The translations under genes were made by a program, and so were the position numbers. A model generated the notes under the pieces. The model had not been told where the DNA came from. It worked only from the letters and a program-made list of their open reading frames with translations, and searched no databases. A stretch of 64,000 nucleotides of DNA from Eledone cirrhosa (Eukaryota). Where the stretch lies: NCBI GenBank assembly GCA_964016885.1, contig OZ024759.1, forward strand, positions 6,448,001 through 6,512,000, written 5' to 3'. Shown here in pieces: positions 40,466 to 53,834 of this stretch. Positions within the stretch are counted from its first letter, which is position 1. Every line of letters begins with the position of its first letter.

Positions 40466-40527
40466 CATGAGGCTGCAAAAGGTTCCCTGTACATCTGCCA
40501 CTTAGAACCATATTTTAAGTTATGAAT

Positions 40528-40781
40528 AGGCTATGTAGCCGGTAAACCCTAAAGGAACGCAACACACATCGCTATAACGTTTCACCAGCTCCTGTTGTCT
40601 ATATCTGTTTATGTATTTACCTGTAGATGTGTGTGTATGTAACTAAAGTGTAACATATGTTACCAATGGACGACTAAATGATTTTAAACTTGTTTTTAAC
40701 AATTGGTGGTGGAAAAGATTTCAAATTGTCTTAACTCAGACTAACTTATGGAGTCTGACACTCTTACCGGCTACATAGCCT
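40528..40781. mobile_element. MITE with perfect 18-bp TIRs, superfamily unassigned
   Basis: aggctatgtagccggtaa ... ttaccggctacatagcct. Confidence 0.7.
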
Positions 40782-40953
40782 CTTCCATCTTAGTAGTGAG
40801 TAAATAACTTTGGTAAATTCCTCAATATTCTTCATTAACTATTTGTATCAAAACCATCGTTGCTTCTATGAAACAAAACCACCCATATGTTTTAAAGGGT
40901 TCTTATTAAAATTAAAATCTTCCAACATAATTTTATAAAAGAAGAATCATATA

Positions 40954-41319
40954 TTAACCCTTTAATGTTCAAACCGGCCAAAACTGGCCAGAATTCTCTA
41001 CCGCTTTCTGTTGAAACTGGCTGTAACTGGTCGCTCAAACTGATGTTAAGGTATTGTTCTCAAAATAAATACTTTCAAAATCTCATAGATTCAATATTAT
41101 GTGAGATATTATGTGAGGTAAAGCCTTTACCATGAAAATACAATAGTATATATAGAATAATGTAAATGTTATGTGAGGTAAAGCCTTTACCATGAAAATA
41201 CAATAGTATCATCAATAGTATATATAGAGTAATGTAGATGTTATGAGATATTATGTGAAGTAAAGCCTTTACTGTGAAAATATAGTATATATAGAGTAAT
41301 GTAAATGCTAAAGGGTTAA
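40954..41319 (-). mobile_element. Complete piggyBac-like MITE with about 3 internal repeat units
   Basis: TTAA-CCCTTTA...TAAAGGG-TTAA. The first ~140 bp are nearly identical to 29708-29850. Confidence 0.88.
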
Positions 41320-41411
41320 GTTTAATATCTTAGTAAGTAATATTTTAGTAAATCTTCCTAAATTCTTCATCAATTAATTGAAGTTGTGTATTTCATTAGA
41401 AATATGGTCAA

Positions 41412-42255
41412 AGGTGAGAGAGAGACAGTGACCAGGTGAGAGAGAGACAGTGACCAGGTGAGAGAGACAGTGACCAGGTGAGAGAGAGACAGTGACCAGG
41501 TGAGAGAGAGACAGTGACCAGGTGAGAGAGAGACAGTGACCAGGTGAGAGAGAGACAGTGACCAGGTGAGAGAGACAGTGACCAGGTGAGAGAGACAGTG
41601 ACCAGGTGAGAGAGAGACTGACCAGGTGAGAGAGACTGACCAGGTGAGAGAGACAGTGACCAGGTGAGAGAGACAGTGACCAGGTGAGAGAGACAGTGAT
41701 CAGGTGAGAGACTGACCAGGTGAGAGAGAGTGACCAGGTGAGAGAGAGACAGTGACCAGGTGAGAGAGAGTGACCAGGTGAGAGAGAGACAGTGACCAGG
41801 TGAGAGAGACTGACCAGGTGAGAGAGACTGACCAGGTGAGAGAGAGACAGTGACCAGGTGAGAGAGACAGTGACCAGGTGAGAGAGACAGTGACCAGGTG
41901 AGAGAGAGACAGTGACCAGGTGAGAGAGAGTGACCAGGTGAGAGAGACAGTGACCAGGTGAGAGACAGTGACCAGGTGAGAGAGACAGTGACCAGGTGAG
42001 AGAGACAGTGACCAGGTGAGAGAGAGACAGTGACCAGGTGAGAGAGACAGTGACCAGGTGAGAGAGACAGTGACCAGGTGAGAGAGAGACAGTGACCAGG
42101 TGCTATAGTATATATAAACTAGTATATATATTCTAGTATAGAATAGAGAGATAGTGCTATAGTATATATAAACTAGTATATATATTCTAGTATAGAATAG
42201 AGAGATAGTGCTATAGTATATATAAACTAGTATATATATTCTAGTATATATAAAC
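41412..42255. repeat. gtgaccaggt(ga)n-ca minisatellite plus ~3 copies of a 54-bp unit
   Basis: Directly visible tandem units of 18-22 bp to 42101, then gtgctatagtatatataaactag... repeats. Confidence 0.95.
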
Positions 42256-43272
42256 ACTGGAGACAGGAAGTACTGGATGGACTTTACTGTACATCACCAC
42301 CACTAACACTACCACAACTACACCACCACTAACACTACCTCTACCACTAACACTACCACCACCACCACTAACACTACCACAACTACACCACCACTAACAC
42401 TACCACAACTACACCACCACCACTAACACTACCACAACTACACCACCACTAACACTACCACAACTACACCACCACTAACACTACCTCTACCACCACCACT
42501 AACACTACCTCTACCACTACTACCACCACCACAACCTCTACCACTACCACCACTAACACTACCTCTACCGCCTCTACAACCACCACAACTACACCACCAC
42601 CACCACCACCACTCATTGTGTTTGTCCTTGCTAAGATGGTGATAGTTTATCTCCCTGGCATTAAGTTCTTCCTTACAAACTTCACCTCCTCCCTCTCTTT
42701 CTTTCTTCCTCCCTCTCACTCTCTTCCTCCCTCTCACTCTCTTCCTCTCTCTCACTCTCTTCCTCTCTCTCTCCTCACCTCCCTCTCCTACCACTTGCTA
42801 ATTCTTCCTTACAAACATCACCTCCTCTCTCTCCATCCCTCTCTCCTCCCTCCCTTTTTCTCCCTCTCTCTCTGCCCATCTTTGTAGTTCTTCCTTAGAA
42901 ATCATCTCCCCCTGCTCCCCCTCTACCACTCCCTCTCTCTTTCTCTCCTCTCTCCCTCTCTCTGTATCCATCTTTTTAGTTCTTCCTTAGAACCCTTCCC
43001 CCATCTCCTCTCCTCCACTCCCCCCCCCCCCCCCCCCTCCTCCACTCCTCTCCCCCTCTCCTCCACTCCACTCCTCTCCTCCACTCTCCCCCTCTCCTCC
43101 ACTCCTCTCCTCCTCTCCTCTCTCCTCCACCCCTCTCTCTCCCTCTCTCCTCCACCCCTCTCTCTCCCTCTCTCCTCCACCCCTCTCTCTCCCTCTCTCC
43201 CTCTGTCCATAAGAGTTCATCTTTTAATACAGGAATACTCAGTGAACCAGTCCTAGACAGTGTGGTAGCTGG

Positions 43273-44590
43273 TCTCCTCCAGCCACTCCTCTCGTGGGGA
43301 GGAAGTAGTAGAGAGAGGGGGTGGTAGGGGTCTTGTCCATCTCCTCCAGCCACTCCTCTCGTGGGGAGGAAGTAGTAGAGAGGGGGGTGGTAGGGGTCTT
43401 GTCCATCTCCTCCAGCCACTCCTCTCGTGGGGAGGAAGTAGTAGAGAGAGGGGGTGGTAGGGGTCTTGTCCATCTCCTCCAGCCACTCCTCTCGTGGGGA
43501 GGAAGTAGTAGAGAGGGGGTGGTAGGGGTCTTGTCCATCTCCTCCAGCCACTCCTCTCGTGGGGAGGAAGTAGTAGAGAGAGGGGGTGGTAGGGGTCTTG
43601 TCCATCTCCTCCAGCCACTCCTCTCGTGGGGAGGAAGTAGTAGAGAGGGGGTGGTAGGGGTCTTGTCCATCTCCTCCAGCCACTCCTCTCGTGGGGAGGA
43701 AGTAGTAGAGAGAGGGGGTGGTAGGGGTCTTGTCCATCTCCTCCAGCCACTCCTCTCGTGGGGAGGAAGTAGTAGAGAGGGGGTGGTAGGGGTCTTGTCC
43801 ATCTCCTCCAGCCACTCCTCTCGTGGGGAGGAAGTAGTAGAGAGAGGGGGTGGTAGGGGTCTTGTCCATCTCCTCCAGCCACTCCTCTCGTGGGGAGGAA
43901 GTAGTAGAGAGAGGGGGTGGTAGGGGTCTTGTCCATCTCCTCCAGCCACTCCTCTCGTGGGGAGGAAGTAGTAGAGAGAGGGGGTGGTAGGGGTCTTGTC
44001 CATCTCCTCCAGCCACTCCTCTCGTGGGGAGGAAGTAGTAGAGAGGGGGTGGTAGGGGTCTTGTCCATCTCCTCCAGCCACTCCTCTCGTGGGGAGGAAG
44101 TAGTAGAGAGAGGGGGTGGTAGGGGTCTTGTCCATCTCCTCCAGCCACTCCTCTCGTGGGGAGGAAGTAGTAGAGAGAGGGGGTGGTAGGGGTCTTGTCC
44201 ATCTCCTCCAGCCACTCCTCTCGTGGGGAGGAAGTAGTAGAGAGGGGGTGGTAGGGGTCTTGTCCATCTCCTCCAGCCACTCCTCTCGTGGGGAGGAAGT
44301 AGTAGAGAGAGGGGGTGGTAGGGGTCTTGTCCATCTCCTCCAGCCACTCCTCTCGTGGGGAGGAAGTAGTAGAGAGAGGGGGTGGTAGGGGTCTTGTCCA
44401 TCTCCTCCAGCCACTCCTCTCGTGGGGAGGAAGTAGTAGAGAGAGGGGGTGGTAGGGGTCTTGTCCATCTCCTCCAGCCACTCCTCTCGTGGGGAGGAAG
44501 TAGTAGAGAGAGGGGGTGGTAGGGGTCTTGTCCATCTCCTCCAGCCACTCCTCTCGTGGGGAGGAAGTAGTAGAGAGAGGGGGTGGTAGG
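43273..44590. repeat. 65/67-bp G-tract minisatellite, about 20 copies
   Basis: Unit ctcctccagccactcctctcgtggggaggaagtagtaga(ga)gagggggtggtaggggtcttgtccat. Confidence 0.97.
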
Positions 44591-44650
44591 TTGGTTAGTA
44601 CAGTTCCAGAGATAACTGAACCACTTAAACTATTTTTAGATCTCTTTTAG

Positions 44651-45115
44651 TTACTACTACTACTACTACTACTACTACTACCACTACTACTACTACTAAC
44701 TACTGCTGCTGCTATTACCACTGCTACTACTACTACTACCACTACTACTAACTACTGCTGCTGCTATTACCACTGCTACTACTACTACTACCACTACTAC
44801 TAACTACTGCTGCTGCTATTACTACTACTACTACTACCACTACTACTAACTACTGCTGCTGCTATTACTACTACTACTACTACCACTACTACTAACTACT
44901 GCTGCTGCTATTACTACTACTACTACTACCACTACTACTAACTACTGCTGCTGCTATTACTACTACTACTACTACCACTACTACTAACTACTGCTGCTGC
45001 TATTACCACTGCTACTACTACTACTACCACTACTACTAACTACTGCTGCTGCTATTACTACTACTACTACTACCACTACTACTACTACTAACTACTGCTG
45101 CTGCTATTACTACTG

Positions 45116-45148
<33 letters not shown>

Positions 45149-45870
45149 ACTACTGCTGCTGCTATTACCACTGCTACTACTGCTGCTGCTATTACTACTA
45201 CTACTACTATTACCACTACTACTACTACTGCTGCTGCTATTACTACTGCTGCTGCTATTACCACTGCTACTACTACTATTACCACTACTACTACTGCCGC
45301 GACTACTACTACCACTACTACTGCTACTACTCCTAGTACTACTACTGCTATTACTACTGCTACTATTATTACTACTGCTGCTATTGCTACTGCTATTACC
45401 ATTGCTACTATTACCACTACTACTACTGCTACCACTACTACTACTGCTATCACTACTACTGCTACTACTACTACTGCTACCACTACTACTACTGCTACCA
45501 CTACTACTACTGCTACTACCACCACTACTACTACTCTTAGTACTACTGCCACTAGTACTACTACCACCACCACCACTACTACTACTACCGCTACTACTAG
45601 TACTACTACTACTACTACCGCTACTACTAGTACTGCTACTACTACCACTACTACCGCTACTGCTACTACTACTGCTACCACTATTACTGCTACAACTGCT
45701 ATTAGTACCACCACTACTACTACCACATTACCACTTAGTTGTAATTCTACTTGTAGCTGATTTTGTGATGGTAGTGGTAGTGGCTGGTGTTGTGGTAGTA
45801 GTTGTTGTGGTAGTTAATGTTGTAGTTAGTGTTGTAGTAGTGGTAGTAGTTAGTGTAGTGGTGGTAATGA
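44651..45870. repeat. Compound trinucleotide array (CTA/CTG/CCA)n, with a short inverted (GTA/GTG)n tract
   Basis: Directly visible; a similar tract lies at 42294-42612. Confidence 0.95.
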
Positions 45871-45924
45871 TTCAACTATCAGATCCTCCATAAGTCCAGG
45901 AAAAGAAGGGATCAAATCTATTTT

Positions 45925-46800
45925 AACCAACATAGTGTCCACAATTATGACTTCTTTCCATCTACTCATAAGCTTTTTAATCCTTTTTTAATCCTTTTTT
46001 AATCCTTTTGAGTTTCCAAGAGAACAACTCTGAAAGATCACTTTTGACTTTCTCGTGGGTTTTGAGAGTTAATCCATCTAAATTATTCTGTAAACTAAGA
46101 AACAAAGGAGCAAGGTCTGGTCTGACCAACAAGGCAGGTGAGCAATTATCTCCCAGCCAAGTTTCACAATCTTCTGTGATGTGATCTTCGCAGTTGGGGG
46201 TCGTGCATTGTCCTGATGAAACACTACTCCTTTTTGATTCACTAAAGCAGGTCTTTTATCTTTCAAAGCAGCATTGAAACACTCTAATTGCTGACAGTAG
46301 ACTTGAACATTGTTTGTTGTGTTAGTTGGTAGTAAGTGGATGACTCCTTTGCAATCTCACTAAACAGAAGAACCTTCTTCGCGTGAAGTTCCCTCTTCGG
46401 TTGTGATTGGTCTTTTTCCCCATTACGAAGCCATTGTCTACGACGCTTAACATTTTGATAAAAGACCCATTTTTCATCACCAGTCACAAGTCTATCCCAA
46501 AAAGGTGATGAGTTCACAAGAATGAAGAGAAGAGCAGGTGTCAACTTGGGATTTACGGTTGACTTCAGATAATTCATGAGGCACTGAATTTCCAAATTTT
46601 GGAACCTTTCCAATCTGTTGAAGAGGACGGTGAAGAGTTGACTGGTTTCAATGAAGTTTCCTTGCCTTCATCTGATACAGCAGGATGTTCTTCAAGTGAT
46701 AAGGAGCTTGTTATCAAACTCACTTGGAAGTCTTGTTTGGTCTTCATCTTCAAGGCTGAAATCTCCTCTTCTGAATAACATTATTTTTAATCCCTGGCCA
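45925..46800 (-). mobile_element. Decayed mariner transposase pseudogene
   Basis: LVTGDEKWVFYQNVKRRRQW, PKRELHAKKVLL, VVFHQDNARP and LGWEIIAHLPCWSD (decayed HPPYSPDL); frameshifted. Confidence 0.9.
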
Positions 46801-46906
46801 CCCCATGTATTCGTTGATCTAATATATAAAGAAACGCAATGATTTTTTTTTTTTTCTAAAAAAAAACAAAAACTAAGCAATAAGATAATGTTATTGTTAA
46901 TTCCAG

Positions 46907-47054
46907 AGATGGCGAAGATACTGAGGACCCTATTCCAAGCATGCCCAACCAGTGCCGATATGGTGTCAAAAGACTAAAATCCGTTCTACAGCCCCTTGTT
47001 GACAAAGGTCTTCAGGCTGTTTTAATATTCGGAGTATCGTCTAATTTACCGAAG
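46907..47054 (+). CDS. ALAD: ALAD second coding exon (148 nt)
   Basis: Acceptor ttccAG at 46901-46906 and donor GTAAGG at 47055. The first A completes ACA (Thr), then DGEDTEDPIPSMPNQCRYGVKRLKSVLQPLVDKGLQAVLIFGVSSNLPK, matching ALAD (I-x-S-x-P...RYGVxRL...PLVxxGL...VLIFGV). Confidence 0.95.
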
Positions 47055-47100
47055 GTAAGGGAATCCTTTTTCTTCTTTACATTGTGAAAAAAAATCTATT

Positions 47101-47161
<61 letters not shown>

Positions 47162-47163
<2 letters not shown>

Positions 47164-47405
47164 AAGGCACATGGCTTAGTGGTTAGAGCAGTGGCCTTGC
47201 AATCTGTAGAAATGAGATGATAGGGACTGGGGTCCCTATCATTCCACTGCAAAGTGGTCGTCGAGGTGCCACGGCAAAAAAGCACCCAGCACTCACTGTA
47301 ATGAGGTTGGTGTTAGGAAGGGCATCCAGCTGTAGAAATCAAGTCAGAATCAGTTCCTGTCCCACCCTTGCAAGCAGGGAAAAGCGGAGGTAAAATGAAA
47401 TGATG
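47162..47405 (+). mobile_element. CORE-type SINE with internal deletion of the B box and most of CORE
   Basis: A box present; ttgcaat is joined directly to ctgtagaaatgag; tail intact. Confidence 0.85.
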
Positions 47406-48242
47406 ATATATATATATATATATGCACGCACGCACACACACACGCACTATTAACTCGACCATCGGGTTTGAGACGCAAGTGTATTGGAATTTGTAGGAAA
47501 ATGGGAAAGCTGTTAATACAGCAAAATGCTGTGAACGATGTCAGGTAAAATTTAGCTGAAAGGATAGAAATCAGCAGCTAGAAGTGAGTTGGCTCAAAGA
47601 ACTGATAGGAAGAAAGGAGATAGGAATAAAATGAATGAGGGGAGATGACACAAACATTTAAATACACTCATCAGCTTTTAGACCACCTGCGGCTTCAACG
47701 ATTTAACTAAAAATGTTCCCAAATATACTGTATATGCCGGCGCATAGGTCGACCCCTAAAATTCTGAGGAGTAACTCAGGCTTAGGTCTATAGTCACCGG
47801 ATAAGACGATCCTAAAAAAATAAGGCAGGGGAAATAATTCATATTTAGTGGCGCGCTAAAGGCTAAAATACTTCTTCTAAAACTCTTCAGTCGTAAGTCA
47901 GTTCTAACTCAGTAAACCAACTTAGCCTCACCCTAACGAACCTATGGTAACCTACTCTATAGTAACCTACTCTATAGTAACCTACCCTATGGTAACCTAC
48001 CCTATAAGCTACAGCAAGTCATTGATATTATAATCTCTACGTTAAACTTAACAAATATGAGGTTCAGTAGGAAATAATTGTCTGCTAGAGTTGTGGTAAG
48101 CGGTGTACAACGAGTGTTAAACAGTTTCACTGTTTACTTTTCAGTGGTAAAGGTTCACATTCTATATTTGGTGGACAAGTTGACCCCTGGTTGATATTTT
48201 CAGTCTCCAAATGTCAATTTATATGCCAGCATATATGTTATC

Positions 48243-48604
48243 TTCATCATTGTTTAACATCCATCTTCCACGCTAGCATGGGTTGTATGGTTTTGTTCCA
48301 TTTGAGGCGACATTGGGCAGGAGACCGTGTCTCACTCGTTCAGAACTGTCTCTGGCAGGTTTTGTAAGGCTCGGTGCCCTTCCTAAACCCAACCACTTTA
48401 CAGTGTGGACTGGGTGCTTTTTGTTGTCACCTACCTACATGACCACTTTATAGTGGATGGAGTAGGGTGTGTGGGGAGGAGTGTATATTGGGTTTAGAGG
48501 TACCTACTGACTGTAGGTTTGTATACAAGGGAAGGTGGGTGTTCTGTACAACTGTGTAGCGCCAAAGATCTTGATCCAGTGACATTGTCTTCGAGAGGTG
48601 TGTG
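48243..48604 (-). mobile_element. Old RTE family 'B'-related 3' fragment
   Basis: The reverse complement aligns to the family B ORF end (cacctctcgaagacaatgtcactgga) and to its 3' UTR. Confidence 0.75.
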
Positions 48605-48605
48605 T

Positions 48606-49240
48606 CATCATCATCATCATCATTTTACGTCCGCTTTTCCCTGCTTGCAAGGGTGAGACTGGTCTTATTCAGCACAGCATCTCTCCACTCGTCACGGTCC
48701 TTCGTCATCTCGACCGTGAGCTTCAGCGATCTGAGGTCTGTTCTCACCACTCCGCCCATGTTTTTCGTGGTCTACCTCTACTGTGTCTTCCTTCAACTGG
48801 CATTTTCTGGCACTTCTTCACCCATCGGTCACCCTCCATGCGCATCACATGTCCATACCATCGCAGTCTCCTCTCTCGCACACTACATTCTATCCCTCTC
48901 AGACACAGTTTCTCTCTCAACACATTCATGCTGGGTCGTTCACGCACATTGACATTGCACATCCAATGGAGCATACGTGCTTCATTTCTCTCCAGCCGTC
49001 GCATATCCTCTGCAGTTGCTGCCCATGTCTCACTACCATGCAGCATCGCGCTCCTCACACAGGCATCATATATCCGGCCTTTCGTACGCAGGTAGAAACC
49101 CTTCTTCGTCAGCAGAGGAAGCAGCTCCCTAAACTTCTTCCAACCCGTCCTTATTCTAGATACTATGGCACCTTCCCATGCTAATCTTATCTCTTAGGTA
49201 CCGGAAGCTATCCACCACTTCTATAGCACCCACCTGCATT
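48606..49240 (-). mobile_element. RTE LINE family 'C' 3' fragment (no real 3' UTR)
   Basis: HGSETW, RRLRWYGHVMRM, RGRPRKTW; after a frameshift the ORF ends ...NKTSLTLASREKRT* immediately before (GAT)n. Confidence 0.9.
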
Positions 49241-49321
49241 TGAAAAATGTGTGTATCTATATTTATATATGTAGGTGTGTATCTATATATATATGTAGGT
49301 GTGTATCTATATATATATGTC

Positions 49322-51266
49322 AGAGATATCAGAGATATGAAGATAGGGAAGGCAACCGGTCCATCGGGTATAGCTGCCGAGATGCTGAAGGCATCTGGGT
49401 CTGTAGGTCACACTATAACCACACGTATCGTTAACCAGGTAATACTAGAGGGGGCCATACCAAAAGATTGGTGCAGTAGCATCATTGTCAACTGCTACAA
49501 AGGTAAAGGCGATGCACTAGATAGAGGAAACTATAGAGGTATAAAGTTGATGGACCAGGTCATGAAAGTAACAGAAAGAGTTATAGCACAGCTGATTAGG
49601 GACCGGGTGAATATAGACGAGATGCAATTTGGGTTTGTACCAGGGAAAGGCACCACTGATGCCCTCTTCCTTGTGAGGCAATTACAGGAAAAGTACCTAG
49701 CTAAAAGTAAGCCACTCTACTTGGCATTTGTCGACCTTGAGAAAGCCTTTGACAGAGTTCCACGTGCAGTAATCTGGTGGGCTCTTAGAAAACTAGGAGT
49801 AGATGAATGGCTTGTGAAAGCGGTACAAGCCATGTATAGGGGAGCAGTCAGCAAAGTTAGGATTGGCAATGAGTATAGCGAGGAATTTAGCGTACAGGTT
49901 GGGGTCCACCAGGGCTCTGTTCTTAGCCCTCTCCTGTTCATCATAGTCCTGCAGGCAATAACGGAGGAGTTTAAGACCGGATGCCCATGGGAACTCCTGT
50001 ATGCTGATGACCTCGCACTCATAGCTGAATCTATGGTAGAACTAGAGAATAAATTCCAAACCTGGAAGCAGGGACTAGAGAGAAAGGGCCTCAAAGTCAA
50101 CATGACAAAGACTAAGGTCCTTGTAAGTAGACGAGAAAACAGAACCCAGATCCCCTCAGGGAAATGGCCTTGCTCAGTATGTAGGAAAGGTGTAGGTAGG
50201 AACTCCATTCTTTGCCCCAAATGCAAACAATGGGTACACAAGAGATGTAGCGGGATCTCAGGAAGCTTAATTAAGAATGTAGGATTCACATGCAGCAGCT
50301 GTGCTGAAACAGCAAGCAAACAGCCACAGGAAACAAGTACCACCAATCTCTGGGAGGGCCCTGTAGAAACAGTAGACAGCTTCTGCTACCTAGGTGACCG
50401 AATTAGCAACGGAGGTGGGTGCTCAGAAAGTACAATAACTAGGGTAAGAACGGGATGGAAGAAGTTTAGGGAACTACTACCACTGCTAGCTGCAAAAGGC
50501 TTCTCCCTCAGAATGAAAGGCAGACTGTATGATGCGTGTATCCGAACAGCGATGTTGCATGGTAGTGAGACCTGGGCGCTGAAGGTGGAAGACTTACGTA
50601 GATTAGAGAGAAACGAAGCCTGCATGCTCCGATGGATGTGTAACAGTAATATACGTGAACGACAAAGCATAAAGGAATTGAGAGAGAGACTGAGCATAAG
50701 AGGAATCAAATGCTGCGTGCAGGAGAGGCGGTTACGCTGGTATGGACATGTGATGCGTATGAAGGATGACAGCTGCATAAAAAGGTGCAGAGCACTAGAA
50801 GTTGATGGAAACCGCGGAGTGGGGAGACCCAAGATGACTTGGGATGAGGTGATAAAAGCCGACCTTACCCAACTACACCTCTCAAAGTCAATGACACACG
50901 ACCGTGACTTCTGGCGTCACGCAGTAATACAGGGTACCCGACCTCCCATGGGTACATGCTGAAGCATATAAACAATATGCCCCCCCCCCCCCCCCCCACC
51001 GCAAGGTGGCCGTGGAGGTGCCACGGCAAAAAAGCACCCAGCCCACACTGTAAAGTGGACGTGTAGGCGCCACGAAAAAGCACCCAGCACTCACTGTAAA
51101 TGAGGTTGGTGTTAGGAAGGGCATCCAGCTGTAGAAATCAAGCCAGATCAGTTCCTGTATGAGCAAGGCATGGTCAGCCGACCAGACACTGCCCACAACA
51201 GGACAACCCGTCTAACCCATGCTAGCGTGGAAGAACGGACGTAAAACGGTGATGATGATGATGATG
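49322..51266 (+). mobile_element. RTE LINE family 'A', 5'-truncated, with uninterrupted RT plus PHD-like finger
   Basis: About 545 aa open: GKATGPSG, NYRGIKL, QFGF, AFVDLEKAFDRV, GVHQGSVLSPLLF, LLYADDL, C4HC3 finger, RRLRWYGH. Stop at 50962, ~300-nt UTR, (GAT)n tail. Confidence 0.96.
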
Positions 51267-51278
51267 AGGTGTATCTAT

Positions 51279-52570
51279 AGAGAAGAAATTCCAAACATGG
51301 AAGCACGTCCTAGAATCAAAAGGCCTTAAAATTAACCTGGCTAAGACTAAAGTTCTAGTTTGTAGGAAAGAAAATAAGGCGCCGGTCCCTTCCGGGAAAT
51401 GGCCATGCTCAGTGTGTAGGAAAGGCGTAGGTAGAAACTCCATTTATGTCCCAAATGCAAAGTATGGGTGCATAAAAGATGTAGTGGGATCATAGGTAAG
51501 CTAACTAAGAACATAGATTTTACATGTGGCCGGTGCTCTGGTGCAATAAGTAGCATCAAGTGCCCACAAATACTAGCTCTTTCAATTGCGCAGAGGGTTC
51601 TATAGAAATAGTGGACGGCTTCCGTTACCTGGGTGACAAAATCAGCAGCGGGGGAGGGTGCTCTGAAAGTACAGTAGCTAGAGTCAGAACTGGATGGAAA
51701 AAGTTCAGAGAGCTTATACCACTATTAGCCGCTAAAGGGTTCTCTCTAAAAATGAAAGGCAGGTTGTATGATGCCTGCATACGAACAGCAATGTTGCATG
51801 GCAGTGAGACTTGCGCATTGTGTGCAGAGGATATACGCAGACTAGAGAGGAACGAAGCTTGTATGCTCCGCTGGATGTGTAATAGTAATATACGCGAACG
51901 GCAAAGCATAAACGAACTAAGGGAAATAAGAGGGATCAGATGTTGTTTACTCGAGAGAAGGCTACGTTGGTATGGTCACGTGATGCGCATGAAAGATGAC
52001 AGCTGTATAACAAAGTGCAGGGCAATAAAGATAGACGGTAGCCACGGAATAGGCAGACCCAGAAAAACCTGGGACGACCTGATAAACTCCGACCTCACAC
52101 ACTTACACCTCTCCAAGACAATGTCACTGGACCGAGATCTTTGGCGGCACTCAGTAATAGAGAAGACACACCTTACCTAAATACAAAGTAAAACCTACTA
52201 CAGTCAGTAGGCATCTCTAACAAAATACACCCCCGTCCTACCACCCCCACCCCATCCACACCGCCCCTTTCAATGTAAAGTTATGTTGGTGCCACAACAT
52301 CGAGGCCGAAATAAATGAGATCGTGTAGGTGTCACGACAAAAAACACACAGTCCACGCTGTAATGTGGCCGTGTAGGCAACACGGTAAAAACCTCCCAGT
52401 CCACACTGTAAATGTGGTTGGTGTTAGGAAGGGCATCCAGCTGTAGAAAACACGCCAGACAGTCCTATACGAGCAAGTCAACCACTCTTGCCTCAAGTGG
52501 GAAAACTCCCGTCCAAACCCATGCAAGCATGGAACATGGACGTTAAACGATGATGATGATGATGATGATG
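51279..52570 (+). mobile_element. RTE LINE family 'B', 5'-truncated, frameshifted
   Basis: KGLKINLAKTK, PHD-like finger, FRYLG, HGSET, RRLRWYGH, GRPRKTW; (GAT)n tail. Confidence 0.93.
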
Positions 52571-53249
52571 ATATGTAGGTGTGTATCTATATATATATGT
52601 AGGTGTGTATATATATATATATGTAGGTGTGTATATATATATGTAGGTGTATATATATATATATGTAGGTGTGTATCTATATATATGTAGGTGTGTATCT
52701 ATCTATATATATATGTAGGTGTGTATCTATATATGTAGGTGTGTATCTATATATATATGTAGGTGTGTATATATATATATATGTAGGTATGTATCTATCT
52801 ATATATATATGTAGGTGTGTATATATATATATATGTAGGTGTATCTATATATATATGGAGGTGTGTATATATATATGTAGGTGTGTATATATATATATAT
52901 GTAGGTGTGTATCTATATATGTAGGTGTGTATATATATATATATATGTAGGTGTGTATATATATATATGTAGGTGTGTATCTATCTATATATATATGTAG
53001 GTGTGTATCTATATATATATGTAGGTGTGTATCTATATATATATGTAGGTGTATCTATATATATATGTAGGTGTGTATATATATATGTAGGTGTGTATCT
53101 ATATATATATGTAGGTGTGTATATATATATATATGTAGGTGTGTATATATATATATATATGTAGGCGTGTATATATATATATATATGTAGGTGTGTATAT
53201 ATATATATATGTAGGTGTGTATATATATATATATATATATATGTAGGTG

Positions 53250-53282
<33 letters not shown>

Positions 53283-53558
53283 GTAGGTGTATATATGTAT
53301 ATGTAGGTGTATATATGTATATGTAGGTGTATATATATATATGTAGGTGTGTATATTTATATATATGTAGGTGTATATATTTATATATATGTAGGTGTAT
53401 ATATATATATATATATGTATATGTAGGTGTATATATATATATATATATGTAGGTGTGTATATATATATATATGTAGGTGTACATATATATATGTAGGTGT
53501 GTATATATATATATATATATGTAGGTGTGTGTATATATATATATATATATATATGTAG

Positions 53559-53601
<43 letters not shown>

Positions 53602-53733
53602 TATATGTGTAGGTGTGTATCTATATATAAATGTAGGTGTGTATATATATGTAGGTGTATATATATATATATGTAGGTATATATATATATATATATGTAG
53701 GTGTGTATATATATATGTAGGTGTGTATATATC

Positions 53734-53771
<38 letters not shown>

Positions 53772-53812
53772 TGTAGGTGTGTATCTATATATATGTAGGT
53801 GTGTATCTATAT
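52571..53812. repeat. gtaggtgt(gt)at(ct)(at)n minisatellite
   Basis: Directly visible. The same motif occurs at 49248-49320 and 51267-51279, so both RTE copies inserted into this array. Confidence 0.95.
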
Positions 53813-53834
53813 TTATGTATTTGTATGTTTGCAG

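Noticed and set aside
42976-44548. Three overlapping minus-strand ORFs of 400-500 aa as a nested gene
   Set aside because: All frames are open because of the 65/67-bp repeat. The collapsed unit gives only a short peptide with an upstream stop and no recognisable homology.
45088-45893. Poly-Val/poly-Leu membrane-protein-like ORFs
   Set aside because: Trinucleotide repeat translations.
49247-49321. N-terminus of the 571-aa ORF as a true start
   Set aside because: Derived from the flanking minisatellite; the LINE is 5'-truncated and lacks the endonuclease, so it is not autonomous.
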